Notes under the pieces: model-generated
Told to the model about the DNA's origin: nothing
Seen by the model: the letters and a program-made list of their open reading frames with translations, nothing else
Databases searched by the model: none
Assembly (NCBI GenBank): GCA_043826455.1
Contig: JBDRQD010000015.1
Coordinates: 128,001-192,000 of the forward strand
Direction: 5' to 3'
Origin: Candidatus Bathyarchaeota archaeon
GTDB lineage: Archaea; Thermoproteota; Bathyarchaeia; TCS64
Length of the DNA: 64,000 nt
Part shown: in pieces, positions 37,124 to 46,728 of the stretch
How positions within the stretch are numbered: the first letter of the stretch is position 1
Layout: every line of letters begins with the position of its first letter
Made by a program: the position numbers and the translations under genes

Positions 37124-37918
37124 ATGTCTTCAGTGATAGTTCCCGGTACAAGTTTAAGCGCAGTGGTTTTACTAGTAATCGCAGCCGCTTCCTACTACTA
37201 CTTCGAGAAAATTAAGGACCCAACATATCAACCAACGCTCAGGGACATCCCTGCTATAACCGCCATCAAGGAGGGCGTCGGGAAAAGCTTGGAGGAGGAT
37301 AAACCCGTCCACTACCAGATGGGCGCCAGTGGAGGACAGTTGTACAGTACACTTGTCTCGATGACCCTGGTCGCTTTGACGTTCCTGCGGTACATCAGCC
37401 GTCTATGCGCGGAGATGGGGGCGAGGCTCATTGTCCACATGCCCTACCAGGCCGAGAGCATCCCTCTGATCGAGGGTACGACTCTTGAAGGCTACAAGGA
37501 GGCTGGTAAACCTGAGGAGTTCAAGAGAGAGAATCTACGCTACTATGGACGTGGCGCACTCACGTGGACTCAAGGTGTTACAAAAAGCTTTTCTCAGGAA
37601 GGTGTGGGTCTCAATCTCGCCATAGGCATCTTTTACAGTGACTGCCCAATAAGTCTGGAGATGGCTAAGTACATGGGCGGGCTTAACGTCGGCGGCACAG
37701 GTCGCTGGATCATGGTATACGCTTTTGCCATGATGTGCGACTATGTCTTCTTGGGAGAAGAGATCTACGCAGCCGCAGCCGTTGTGAGCCAGGACAAGAT
37801 GATGCTGGTCGGAATGCTGATAGAAGAGGTCGGGAAGTTCTTCGTCTTCCTGCTACTAGGGTTAGGGTTAATCCTCTCTCTGGTGGGCATGGACATAGTG
37901 TCATTGTTATCGATGTGA
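37124..37918 (+). CDS. DUF6754-like protein (module B subunit 1)
   Basis: KPVHYQMG, CDYVFLGEEIYAAAA; paralog of 3891..4673. Confidence 0.78.
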   Translation: MSSVIVPGTSLSAVVLLVIAAASYYYFEKIKDPTYQPTLRDIPAITAIKEGVGKSLEEDKPVHYQMGASGGQLYSTLVSMTLVALTFLRYISRLCAEMGARLIVHMPYQAESIPLIEGTTLEGYKEAGKPEEFKRENLRYYGRGALTWTQGVTKSFSQEGVGLNLAIGIFYSDCPISLEMAKYMGGLNVGGTGRWIMVYAFAMMCDYVFLGEEIYAAAAVVSQDKMMLVGMLIEEVGKFFVFLLLGLGLILSLVGMDIVSLLSM

Positions 37919-38568
37919 TGAATATGTCTGCAACATGGAGAACCTTAATACCAACCCTGTTAGTGTCCGTGACAGCAATCCTAGTATTGGTGCCCTTCTT
38001 CCTCAACATCCCATTTCTGAATGACTTTAAGAGCACACTCAGCAGCTGGACCGTTATCATCAGCGCAGTCACCGGTGCCGCTCTTGGGGTAGTCTACATG
38101 ACTCACGCCATCTACGCCAGCTACCAGAGAAATAAGGATACCGAGCAGCTGATAATGGGTGTAACCACCTATGTTTTCATAGCACTTCACATAGGTCTTG
38201 CTCTGACTCAGCCTGGTGGCGTCAACAGCTCCGCGTACCAGTGGTGGTACACGGTGGTGTACCAGAACGTGGGCGCAACGATCTACGCCTTCATGTTCTT
38301 CACCCTCGCAAGCAGCGCATACAGAACAATGATTCTGAACAGCGTCGAGGCAACATCCCTAGCGATAGGTGGACTAATATACACTTTGAGACAGATACCC
38401 CTCTTCCAGACCTGGCTCCCGTGGATAGTTCCACTCGGTGAGTGGATACTTCTAGTCCCCAACGTAGCCGGAAGCCGTGGCGCCGTAATCGCGGCCGCCC
38501 TGGCAGCAACGGTGTACGGAGTCAGAACCATCTGGGGCAAGGAGATTAGCCTCAGGGAGGTGTCCTAA
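37918..38568 (+). CDS. Multi-pass membrane protein (module B subunit 2)
   Basis: Paralog of 3191..3877; start ATG 37918 or 37924. Confidence 0.78.
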   Translation: MNMSATWRTLIPTLLVSVTAILVLVPFFLNIPFLNDFKSTLSSWTVIISAVTGAALGVVYMTHAIYASYQRNKDTEQLIMGVTTYVFIALHIGLALTQPGGVNSSAYQWWYTVVYQNVGATIYAFMFFTLASSAYRTMILNSVEATSLAIGGLIYTLRQIPLFQTWLPWIVPLGEWILLVPNVAGSRGAVIAAALAATVYGVRTIWGKEISLREVS

Positions 38569-38569
38569 C

Positions 38570-39424
38570 ATGAGTGACAGACCCGCAGGCAAAGACGAGA
38601 GCATCATCGTAAAGCTAGGCACATTACCGCCCAACCTATACTTCTGGGTCCACCTCGCAGGCATCATACTGATGTTCATCCCGTTAATCTATCCCCTCGG
38701 TCTACCTGTTCAAACCAGCCAGCCAGTAATAGACTACGTTAATACCCTTGACGCTCTACCAGAGGGCAGCGTCGTGGCCGTTAGCTTCGGCGCAAGCGCC
38801 TCTCTCCTCGACGAACAGGAGGCACAGTTCCTGGCGACGTGGAAGATACTCTTCAGCAACAAACTGAAGGTAATATTCTATAGCACGACAGAGGACGCCA
38901 ATATCATCCTCGACCGTGAGCTAGGAGTGGTTAAGCCAAGTAGCTACGGCTACACCTATGGAGTTGACTATGTACTGCTGGGCTACAGCCCCCTAGGTGA
39001 AGCAGGTGAAGCAGCGTTTGTCCAGAACATCCGCAGCCTGTACCCAGTTGACTACTACGGTACCCCGTTGAACAATATACCTTTGATGAAGGACATAAAC
39101 GACGCGAGTGGAATAGATCTAGTAATCTTCGAGTACACAGCATGTACGAGCGTCGAGTGGGTGATCCGTCAGTGGGTCGTGCCCTTCAACAAGCCTGCAT
39201 TAGGAACGACTCTTGGCTGCTGTGGACCTATGGCTGCGCCCTATTACCCTAGCCAGCTCAAGGGCTTCCTGAGTGGAAGTGGAGCCGGGACCGAGATCGA
39301 GGTCGTGTCCGGTTTCCCTGGCCCAGGGGCAGCTATGAGTGACAGCAAGAGCTTAGGCATACTACCGTGGCTGTTAAGCATGGTTTTCGCGAACCTTGCT
39401 TGGTTCCTTAGGAGGTCGAAGTAG
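38570..39424 (+). CDS. Membrane-anchored protein (module B subunit 3)
   Basis: Paralog of 2343..3194. Confidence 0.8.
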   Translation: MSDRPAGKDESIIVKLGTLPPNLYFWVHLAGIILMFIPLIYPLGLPVQTSQPVIDYVNTLDALPEGSVVAVSFGASASLLDEQEAQFLATWKILFSNKLKVIFYSTTEDANIILDRELGVVKPSSYGYTYGVDYVLLGYSPLGEAGEAAFVQNIRSLYPVDYYGTPLNNIPLMKDINDASGIDLVIFEYTACTSVEWVIRQWVVPFNKPALGTTLGCCGPMAAPYYPSQLKGFLSGSGAGTEIEVVSGFPGPGAAMSDSKSLGILPWLLSMVFANLAWFLRRSK

Positions 39425-39425
39425 C

Positions 39426-40052
39426 ATGGCTGATCTATTAATGGGACTCGTGGGCACCTTCTTCATAGTCGCAACTCTATCCGTTCTGTGGAAAGACAAC
39501 ATTGTATTCCGCTTCGGACAGGCAGCCGTTATGGGCGCTGCCACCGCTCACTACATGATTATGAGCGCGACGAGCATCCAGAGCATGGTCCTGTCGCAGA
39601 TGCAACTGATACCGATAATTGGCCTAATACTGGGTTTGCTGATGTACACGAGGCTATTTAGCAAGATCGCGTGGGTCAGCAAGTACCCGAGCAGCATCCT
39701 GGTCGGCGTAGGCATAGGCGTTATGCTGGCTGGGACGATTAAAGGCCAGATACTTCAGCAGGTAGGTATGACACTCGGCGACATCCAGACCGCGTTGTTC
39801 ACCACAGGCGACTCCGTAGCCATACTGAACAGCATACTGATCTTCATAGGCGTGGTAACCAGTCTAACCTACTTCCTCTTCACGATAGAGCACAAGGGGA
39901 CGGTGGGCATCCTCGCGAAGGTTGGACGCGTATTCCTGATGATATCATTGGGAGCCAACTTCTCAGGGGAGCTCGTCTGGTACCAGACGCAGATGATCGG
40001 TAGGCTAATGTTCATAATACAGAACCTTTTAGCGCCTCTAGGATTAGCTTAA
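39426..40052 (+). CDS. Multi-pass membrane protein (module B subunit 4)
   Basis: Paralog of 1627..2346; followed by a T-tract. Confidence 0.8.
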   Translation: MADLLMGLVGTFFIVATLSVLWKDNIVFRFGQAAVMGAATAHYMIMSATSIQSMVLSQMQLIPIIGLILGLLMYTRLFSKIAWVSKYPSSILVGVGIGVMLAGTIKGQILQQVGMTLGDIQTALFTTGDSVAILNSILIFIGVVTSLTYFLFTIEHKGTVGILAKVGRVFLMISLGANFSGELVWYQTQMIGRLMFIIQNLLAPLGLA

Positions 40053-40127
40053 ACTAACAGATCCTTCCTTTTTTTATCCAAACTAGATCATAATATATGT
40101 TACCTGTATATGATCTCATTTTGATTC

Positions 40128-41465
40128 ATGATGAGTACAAATCTTTGGAAAAGGAAATCAGCTCAAGTATCCGAGATCCCTGGAACAAAGGTCAAAGAAG
40201 CATTAGTCAAAGCCGGGCTCCCCCTGGACTCAGTGTACCCCCTAGCTGAGAGGGCTGAGGGCGTTTGGATCCAGGACATAGACGGCAACGTCTTCATGGA
40301 CTTCATCAGCGGCAGATGCACAGTGAACTGTGGTCACAACCACCCACGCCTACTGAAGGCGGTTCAGGAGCAGGTCGGGAAGGTGACTCATGGTCTCACA
40401 CCTAACAGGCTTCAACTCCTTGAGTCGTTGAAAAAAGTATCACCCTTCAAAGGCGAGGAACAGGCAATGACGTTGGCCCTCAGCGGTAGCGCGGCCAACG
40501 ACGCGGCCATGAAGCTCGCCCGAAGCTACACCCGCAGACAGAACTTCATCGCCTTCGCGGGCGCCTACCATGGCACCACGTTCGGCGCCATGGCTCTCAG
40601 CAGCTACGTGACGAGGATGAGGGAGCAGTTCTACCCCATGGTGCCAGGCGTGTGCCACATGCCCTTTCCGCACTGCTTCAGGTGCCCGTTCGGCCACAAA
40701 TCCAATGAGGAGTGTGGCATGGCGTGCCTCGACTACATTACAAAGTATGCGGCGAAGACTTACTGTCCACCGAGCGAGGTCGCGGCCGTGATCATGGAGC
40801 CCATCGCAGGCGACGCAGGGTGGCTGGTGCCCCCGAAGGAGTTCGTCGTAGGGATCAGAAAATGGTGCAGTGAAAACGATATCCTGTACATAAGCGAGGA
40901 GGTGCAGGCAGGCTACGGCAGAGCCGGCGAGTGGTGGGGCGTAAACCTCTGGGGCGTGGAGCCCGACGCCATAATCCTGGGCAAGGCCATGGCGGGCGGG
41001 ATGGCCCCCATGAGCGGCGTCCTCTACAAGAGTGAGCTGGGTAAGAACGGCTTCTACCACGGCCACACCATGGGGGGCCACCCGGTGGGCTGCGCAGCTT
41101 CAATAGCCAACATAGGCGTGATCCGGGACGAGCGCCTTTGCGAGGCCTCCAAGAAAATGGGTAAACACCTGATGAGCCGCCTCAACAAGATGAAGGACGA
41201 CTACGAGCCCATCATCGATGTCAGAGGCAGGGGCCTCCTGATAGGCGTCGAGATCGGAGGCGTACACGGCCGTACCAGTAAGGAGATGGCCGGCGAGATA
41301 TGCAAGAGCGCTTTCAGGAAAGGGCTGTACATAATAGAGATGGGGAGCTGGGACACGGGTGTCCTGAGGGTGGCGCCTCCTCTGGTGATCACGGGTGAGC
41401 AGGCGGACTGGGCGCTGAACACCTTGGAAGAAGCCGTCCGCGAGACCTTGAGGAAGTATAAATGA
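40128..41465 (+). CDS. Class-III PLP enzyme, possibly an amino-acid racemase/epimerase
   Basis: SGSAAND, AYHGTT, EPIAGDAG, EEVQAGYGRAG, LGKAMAGG. Confidence 0.8.
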   Translation: MMSTNLWKRKSAQVSEIPGTKVKEALVKAGLPLDSVYPLAERAEGVWIQDIDGNVFMDFISGRCTVNCGHNHPRLLKAVQEQVGKVTHGLTPNRLQLLESLKKVSPFKGEEQAMTLALSGSAANDAAMKLARSYTRRQNFIAFAGAYHGTTFGAMALSSYVTRMREQFYPMVPGVCHMPFPHCFRCPFGHKSNEECGMACLDYITKYAAKTYCPPSEVAAVIMEPIAGDAGWLVPPKEFVVGIRKWCSENDILYISEEVQAGYGRAGEWWGVNLWGVEPDAIILGKAMAGGMAPMSGVLYKSELGKNGFYHGHTMGGHPVGCAASIANIGVIRDERLCEASKKMGKHLMSRLNKMKDDYEPIIDVRGRGLLIGVEIGGVHGRTSKEMAGEICKSAFRKGLYIIEMGSWDTGVLRVAPPLVITGEQADWALNTLEEAVRETLRKYK

Positions 41466-41755
41466 AGCTGTTCGACTGGTGGGGTAAGATCGTCACAGAG
41501 GAAGAGGAGACGCAGATGCTCCACCGGATCGAGGCGAAGATAAAGACGTATGGAGGCGAGACAGCGGCGCTCCTGGCCATCAGGGCCTTCAAGTACGTCA
41601 GCTACATAGGAGTGATGATGGGCCGGGTCTTTCTGGGCCCGCTGACTCCCATAATCACCCACGAGCACGACATTTTCCTCACCACCATCGGCAGGCGCGA
41701 AAACCTTGAATTACTGGAGGAGGCCCTCGATGAGTCAAGACGCGCCAAAACCTAG
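41462..41755 (+). CDS. Conserved hypothetical protein (homolog of 690..1130)
   Basis: Shared motif YGxETxAxL...RVxLxPxxP...RxNxExL. Confidence 0.75.
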   Translation: MKLFDWWGKIVTEEEETQMLHRIEAKIKTYGGETAALLAIRAFKYVSYIGVMMGRVFLGPLTPIITHEHDIFLTTIGRRENLELLEEALDESRRAKT

Positions 41756-42113
41756 CCCCCGGGAAATATTGATATCGTTAGTCGTGGCCTTCAGTATTTT
41801 CCTCATAACCGCTCTCCTAGCGCTCCCCCCCAGTTACAACGACTACAACGATCTTGTCATCAACTTCTTTTACATGGCTCCAGGCCCCCTGGTGGCGTCT
41901 CTGGTGCTGGCCAAGGTCTACCAGCGGAACGCCGTGAACAGGGGCGTCCTGATAGGCATCGTCACATACTTCCTGAGCCCCCTGGTGCTGCCCAGCGGGG
42001 GGATGGTCTGGGTTCTAGAGGCCGCCAGACTGGGCGGCGCAGGATTTGGCGGCGCCATAGGCGCCAGAATCATGGAGCTGTACCGGGCTAAGGGCTCCAG
42101 TGAGGAGAGGTAG
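41730..42113 (+). CDS. Small ~4-TM membrane protein
   Basis: Hydrophobic ORF overlapping the previous gene; Gly-rich last helix. Confidence 0.65.
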   Translation: MSQDAPKPSPREILISLVVAFSIFLITALLALPPSYNDYNDLVINFFYMAPGPLVASLVLAKVYQRNAVNRGVLIGIVTYFLSPLVLPSGGMVWVLEAARLGGAGFGGAIGARIMELYRAKGSSEER

Positions 42114-42238
42114 GCGACGCGGAGCCATGTGTTGAACGCCTGCCAGTCAATGAAGGTTTATCGGGAAGCGCCTCGGAAAATGCTTAATATTTTACGGGTA
42201 ATCAGGTTAGAGGGGGAAAGTGACTGGAGATAGGAGGC

Positions 42239-43390
42239 TTGAGGGGAGCTATCCCCCGGATTTCTCACATCGCAATCCTCGTGATAGTCATTCTAGCCGT
42301 TAATACGCCTCAGCCACCCGCTTCGTGTTCAACTGGAGCACTGAGACTCTACGTCATCTCCTGCGAAGGATGTGAAGGTTACAGGGATCGCGTCGATATG
42401 CTGAGGCGCACGTTTCCTACCGCGGCGATTACCTTCTATGAGATAGAGGAGGGGGAGAACGCCAGACGCTTTAACGAGGTATCGAAAGCCGTGGGGGAGA
42501 CTCTGTATATGCCTCTGGTCGGCGTGTATCTTGACGATGCCCTGGTCTCCATCGCTAGTGGAGGGTTCTCGCCTGAGGGATGGGTGGAAGCGGTTGAGAG
42601 TCCGGTCGGGGTTGTTACAGTGTACATCGCCGGCGAGGGTGGGAGGGCGGACATTAAGACCACTATTGAGGACCCCGACACTGTGAACACCGTCTCGAGG
42701 CTCTTCGTCGAAGAGGAGATAGGTTTCCTGGTGGAGGACCTGGGCCAACTCGTCCTCATCGTCGCGTCGGCTGCGATAGTTGACGCGATCAACCCCTGCT
42801 GCGTCGGTGTCTTCACGGTCCTGTTGACGTTGGTCTTCTACGGGGTGGGTAAGAGGGCCGTCCTTGGCGTTGGCCTGGCCTTCACCCTCGGCCTCTTCGC
42901 GGCTTACCTGCTGCTCGGCCTGGGCCTGGGCAGGGTGTTCAGGCAGTTACCTGAGATAGAGTACCTGGCGTCAGGGTTCGCCATAATTCTGGGGGCGATG
43001 CGCATCATTGAAGCCTCAGGCAGGAAGGTGAAGTATCTCCCGGATGCCCTCTCGAGTAGGATAACCCGGAGGATAGAGGAGGTCACCACCCCCAGGAGTG
43101 GGCTTGTCGCCGGGGCGGTGACCGGTTTCCTGCTGTTGCCCTGCTCGTCGGCTCCCTACTTCATAGTTATAAACATGATCGCGGACAAGCCGTCCGTGCT
43201 GGGCCTGGCCCTTCTTGTCTTCTACAACCTGATAATCGTCGCTCCCTTCATCGCGATTACACTGATTGTGTACGGTCTGGTGTTCTCCACCATGGAGGTG
43301 AAGCAGTGGTCCCTTGAGAGTCGCTGGTGGATCAACGCATTGATCGGGGTCACGCTTGTGGCGCTGGGCTTCCTAAACCTGTTACTGTAG
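42239..43390 (+). CDS. Thioredoxin-like domain fused to a CcdA/DsbD-type membrane domain
   Basis: Signal/TM, CEGC, DAINPCC, LPCSSAPY. Confidence 0.8.
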   Translation: MRGAIPRISHIAILVIVILAVNTPQPPASCSTGALRLYVISCEGCEGYRDRVDMLRRTFPTAAITFYEIEEGENARRFNEVSKAVGETLYMPLVGVYLDDALVSIASGGFSPEGWVEAVESPVGVVTVYIAGEGGRADIKTTIEDPDTVNTVSRLFVEEEIGFLVEDLGQLVLIVASAAIVDAINPCCVGVFTVLLTLVFYGVGKRAVLGVGLAFTLGLFAAYLLLGLGLGRVFRQLPEIEYLASGFAIILGAMRIIEASGRKVKYLPDALSSRITRRIEEVTTPRSGLVAGAVTGFLLLPCSSAPYFIVINMIADKPSVLGLALLVFYNLIIVAPFIAITLIVYGLVFSTMEVKQWSLESRWWINALIGVTLVALGFLNLLL

Positions 43391-43467
43391 TTAGGGTACG
43401 AGGTTTTATCTTAAATGGACGTGTGGCATACTTAGCTAGCGAAAAAATGGTGAAGATTCTCAGCGCC

Positions 43468-44547
43468 CTACTTGCTCAGAGTCCTCCCGTACTTCTTGAA
43501 GATTCTTTCCACCTGGTCGTAGGGTAACCCGTGCCTGATGTTGCCGTCCCTGCCTGTCATGGTCTCCGCCTTGAAGAGGGCGTTAACGATGGCCTCCTCG
43601 GTGGCCTCCACCGCCGCCCTGTAGGCGAAGCTGAGGTACCCTTCGCCGCTGAAGGCGCGAGCCTCGGGCGGCATCGCTTCTCGGAGCTCGTCCACGGTCT
43701 TCTTCCCGGTGGTGAAGGCTATGGTGAAGTCGCCGCTGCTGTTGCCCCCGATTGTTCCTGTGCGTGCAAGGCCGAAGGCGACTCTTTTGGCCACCTTCCA
43801 GAGCTGTCGGGACTCCAGTTTCAGGTCCGTGGCAAGGATCATCATTATGGAGTTGCCGGGGCTCCTCGCGGGGACGGTGGGCAGCTCCACCTCCCGGCCG
43901 ACGGGCACACCATCTATCCTAAGATCATCCTTTGAGCCGCAGTTCAACTGAACCAGGACGCCGACTGTGAAGTTGGCGAACTTTCTCGAAGACGTCCCTA
44001 TGCCTCCCTTGAAGCCGTAGCCCGTCATCGGGGTTCCGCCCCCCACGTTGCCCTCAGGGACGGGCCCCCGACCCTTGGGGCTCCGGGCGGCATCGATAGC
44101 CTCGAACACGTGCTTCTTTCCGATGTGCCGGCCGAAGTTATCTGTCAGGTAACCTCCGTTGGTCTCCCCGACGACCACGTTCAGGGAAGCTGGCGTCGTG
44201 CCATACCCTTCCTTCATGTAGTCGACCACCGCGTCCGCGACGCGCCATGTGTTGAGGGTCTCCGTGAGAAGCAGCGGGACCTCCATCACGCCCTCGAACA
44301 TGATCTGAGGAAGACCGGTGCATTTACCGTAGGCGTTGAAGAGGTCCACCGCCGCCGTGACCTTCTCCTCGTAGGGGTTCCCCTGGTGAGGGACTATGGC
44401 GGTGACGCCGGTCCGCACGTCCTCTCCCTTGATGAGCGTCGAGTGGCCTACGCCGACACCCTCAACATCGGTGATGGCGTTAAGCTTACCCGTCTCCAGC
44501 TGCCCTATGTTTATCCCGAATTCTCGGGCTCTTACTCTGCCTGTCAT
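43468..44547 (-). CDS. DmpA/P1 (S58) family aminopeptidase
   Basis: NAITDVEGVGVGH, TGVTAI, EGNVGGG, KGGIGTSSR, GNSIM, SSGD. Confidence 0.9.
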   Translation of the reverse strand: MTGRVRAREFGINIGQLETGKLNAITDVEGVGVGHSTLIKGEDVRTGVTAIVPHQGNPYEEKVTAAVDLFNAYGKCTGLPQIMFEGVMEVPLLLTETLNTWRVADAVVDYMKEGYGTTPASLNVVVGETNGGYLTDNFGRHIGKKHVFEAIDAARSPKGRGPVPEGNVGGGTPMTGYGFKGGIGTSSRKFANFTVGVLVQLNCGSKDDLRIDGVPVGREVELPTVPARSPGNSIMMILATDLKLESRQLWKVAKRVAFGLARTGTIGGNSSGDFTIAFTTGKKTVDELREAMPPEARAFSGEGYLSFAYRAAVEATEEAIVNALFKAETMTGRDGNIRHGLPYDQVERIFKKYGRTLSK

Positions 44548-44750
44548 GATGATCTGTATACATGGGCCGCACATAGAGAAAAATGTTGCCGGCGGCGGGT
44601 CTCGTCGGAGGAAACCTGTTCTTTGTGGGTGGTCTTCCTGGTAAGGAGGAATGGGGTTAGTTTATGTTGTGTTTCATGAGGCACTGTTTGTTGTTATTGA
44701 GGATTAGTCAGTTTTAGACACATTAAAATGACCATTTAGGTGTTCTATAG

Positions 44751-45653
44751 TTGGCGGTAAATTTGATCAAATCAAACGTCGAATCCCTTGTCAGACAGAA
44801 ACTAGTTGGAGAGGTGATCCACCCCGAACTCTGGGTGGAGCGCAACTATGTCACCACCTGGGATGGTAGGCCCAAGCTGACCGTGGGGATCGGAGGCATC
44901 GTCTACAACGTCAGGGTGGGCGACCCGGTTTTCGGTTGGTCGTCTGACCATCTGAACGCAGGGGCAGCTGTCTCCCACAAGGATCAGTCGAGGATGATGG
45001 CGCTCAACATATTCAGCTGCATAGGGAACAAGGCCAGGGTCATCAGCGGCGAGGCGAAGGGGACGGAGGGCGTGGTAGTGGGCAAGACCTACTTCTACCC
45101 GGGCCACTCATACAGGATTGTAGTCGATTTCCCTCATGACGGCCTCTCCAAGCTGGCGATAGAGGACAAGGTTGAGGTGGAGGCCTGGGGCTCAGGTCTG
45201 ACCATCGAGGGGTTCGAGGATGTGAGAGTCCTCTCCCTCTCACCTAGGCTGCTTGAGGCGATGGGCGTTGAGGCTCATGACGGTAAGCTGAGGGTGCCAG
45301 TGGTCAAGGAGCTGCCAGGGAAGATGATGGGGGTTGGCGTGGGCCGAGGGCCGACGGAGTGCGGTGCCTGGGAGATCCAGTCCTGCAGCCGCGAGCTCAA
45401 CGAGGAGCTGGGGCTTGAGAGGTTGAGGTTCGGGGACTTGGTCGCGGTGAGGGACGTGGACTCCGACTGGGGGCACGGCGTCTACGAGGGCGGCGTCGTG
45501 GTCGGCGTCGTCTCTCATGGCGCCAGCGAGATAGGCGGCCACGGCCCGGGGATAGCCGTCATATTCTCGTCCAAGAGGGGAAGAATCGAGCCCGTCATCG
45601 ACGAGGGGGCCAACGTTGGCCGGTACCTCGGCCTCAGAGTAGACCTGGAGTGA
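44751..45653 (+). CDS. DUF4438-like protein, copy 1
   Basis: GGIVYNVRVGD, CIGNKARVISGEAKG, LRFGDLVA, HGPG. Confidence 0.75.
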   Translation: MAVNLIKSNVESLVRQKLVGEVIHPELWVERNYVTTWDGRPKLTVGIGGIVYNVRVGDPVFGWSSDHLNAGAAVSHKDQSRMMALNIFSCIGNKARVISGEAKGTEGVVVGKTYFYPGHSYRIVVDFPHDGLSKLAIEDKVEVEAWGSGLTIEGFEDVRVLSLSPRLLEAMGVEAHDGKLRVPVVKELPGKMMGVGVGRGPTECGAWEIQSCSRELNEELGLERLRFGDLVAVRDVDSDWGHGVYEGGVVVGVVSHGASEIGGHGPGIAVIFSSKRGRIEPVIDEGANVGRYLGLRVDLE

Positions 45654-45659
45654 GGAAGC

Positions 45660-46538
45660 TTGCGTACTAACGTTGATCGTCTCGTGAAGCAGGCGGTCAT
45701 GGGGGAGGTGTCACACCCCATGGCCGGGACGTACAGGACCACCTTCGAGGGGAGGCCCAGCATGGTGCCGGGGATGTACGGCGTCAAGCTCAACTTCAGG
45801 GTCGGTGACCCCGCCTACGGTTACGTCTCGGACCATCTTGAGCCCGGCGTATGCATCGTGAACCCTGGCTCGGTGCGGCAGCACACGGCCCTCAACGCCT
45901 TCGCCTGCATAGGGAACGAGGCGAGGGTGGTGTCAGGCGACGCGAGGGGCGCCGCAGGTGTCGTGACGGGTAAGCACGGATGGCAGAACACGTTCATAGA
46001 CTTCCCCCCGGAGGTCCTCGGGAAGCTGGTGTCGGGGGATAAGGTTCAGGTGACGGGCTGGGGCACTGGCCTCACGGTGGAGGGCTACGAGGACCTTCGG
46101 TTCATGTCCATGTCGCCGCGCCTCCTCAAGGCCCTGGGGGTGGAGGATGAGGGCTCCAGCCTCTCCGTCCCGGTTGTGATGGAGGTTCCCGGCAGGATGA
46201 TGGGCTCCGGGATGGGAGGAGGGACGGGAGGCATGCCGGACCTTGGGGACTTTGACATCCAGAGCACCTGCCCGGAGCTCACCGAGAGGTACGGCTTTTC
46301 GCGGCTCCGCATAGGCGACATAGTGGCCATAAGGGACATCCTGGCTCACTACGCCCGGGGTATACACCCGGGGGCTGTCACCATTGCTGTCGTTTCCCAT
46401 GGGGCGAGCGGGACCACAGGCCACGGGCCTGGGTGCGCGCCCATCATCTCTAGTCCTCCGGGGAGGGTTAGCCCAGTCGCAGACGAGGGGATGAACGTCG
46501 CCCGCCTGTTGGAGCTGCGGCCAGACATTGCCTGGTGA
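45660..46538 (+). CDS. DUF4438-like protein, copy 2
   Basis: DHLEPG, CIGNEARVVSGDARG, GKHG, LRIGDIVA, HGPG. Confidence 0.78.
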   Translation: MRTNVDRLVKQAVMGEVSHPMAGTYRTTFEGRPSMVPGMYGVKLNFRVGDPAYGYVSDHLEPGVCIVNPGSVRQHTALNAFACIGNEARVVSGDARGAAGVVTGKHGWQNTFIDFPPEVLGKLVSGDKVQVTGWGTGLTVEGYEDLRFMSMSPRLLKALGVEDEGSSLSVPVVMEVPGRMMGSGMGGGTGGMPDLGDFDIQSTCPELTERYGFSRLRIGDIVAIRDILAHYARGIHPGAVTIAVVSHGASGTTGHGPGCAPIISSPPGRVSPVADEGMNVARLLELRPDIAW

Positions 46539-46728
46539 ATCCCCTTGGTCTCCTTTGAAACCCTTTTTATCGTATGCAGTCCAATAAGGAATCCATGAAG
46601 GCATTTTCTAGGTATGGAGACATATTGGCTGATAACTGGAGGCGAAGCAGCGACGCAGCTCTGAGCCTCGATAGAGGGAGCAACAGGACAACCGTGAAGT
46701 CTATCAGGGAGACACTCGGGTAGCCCAT

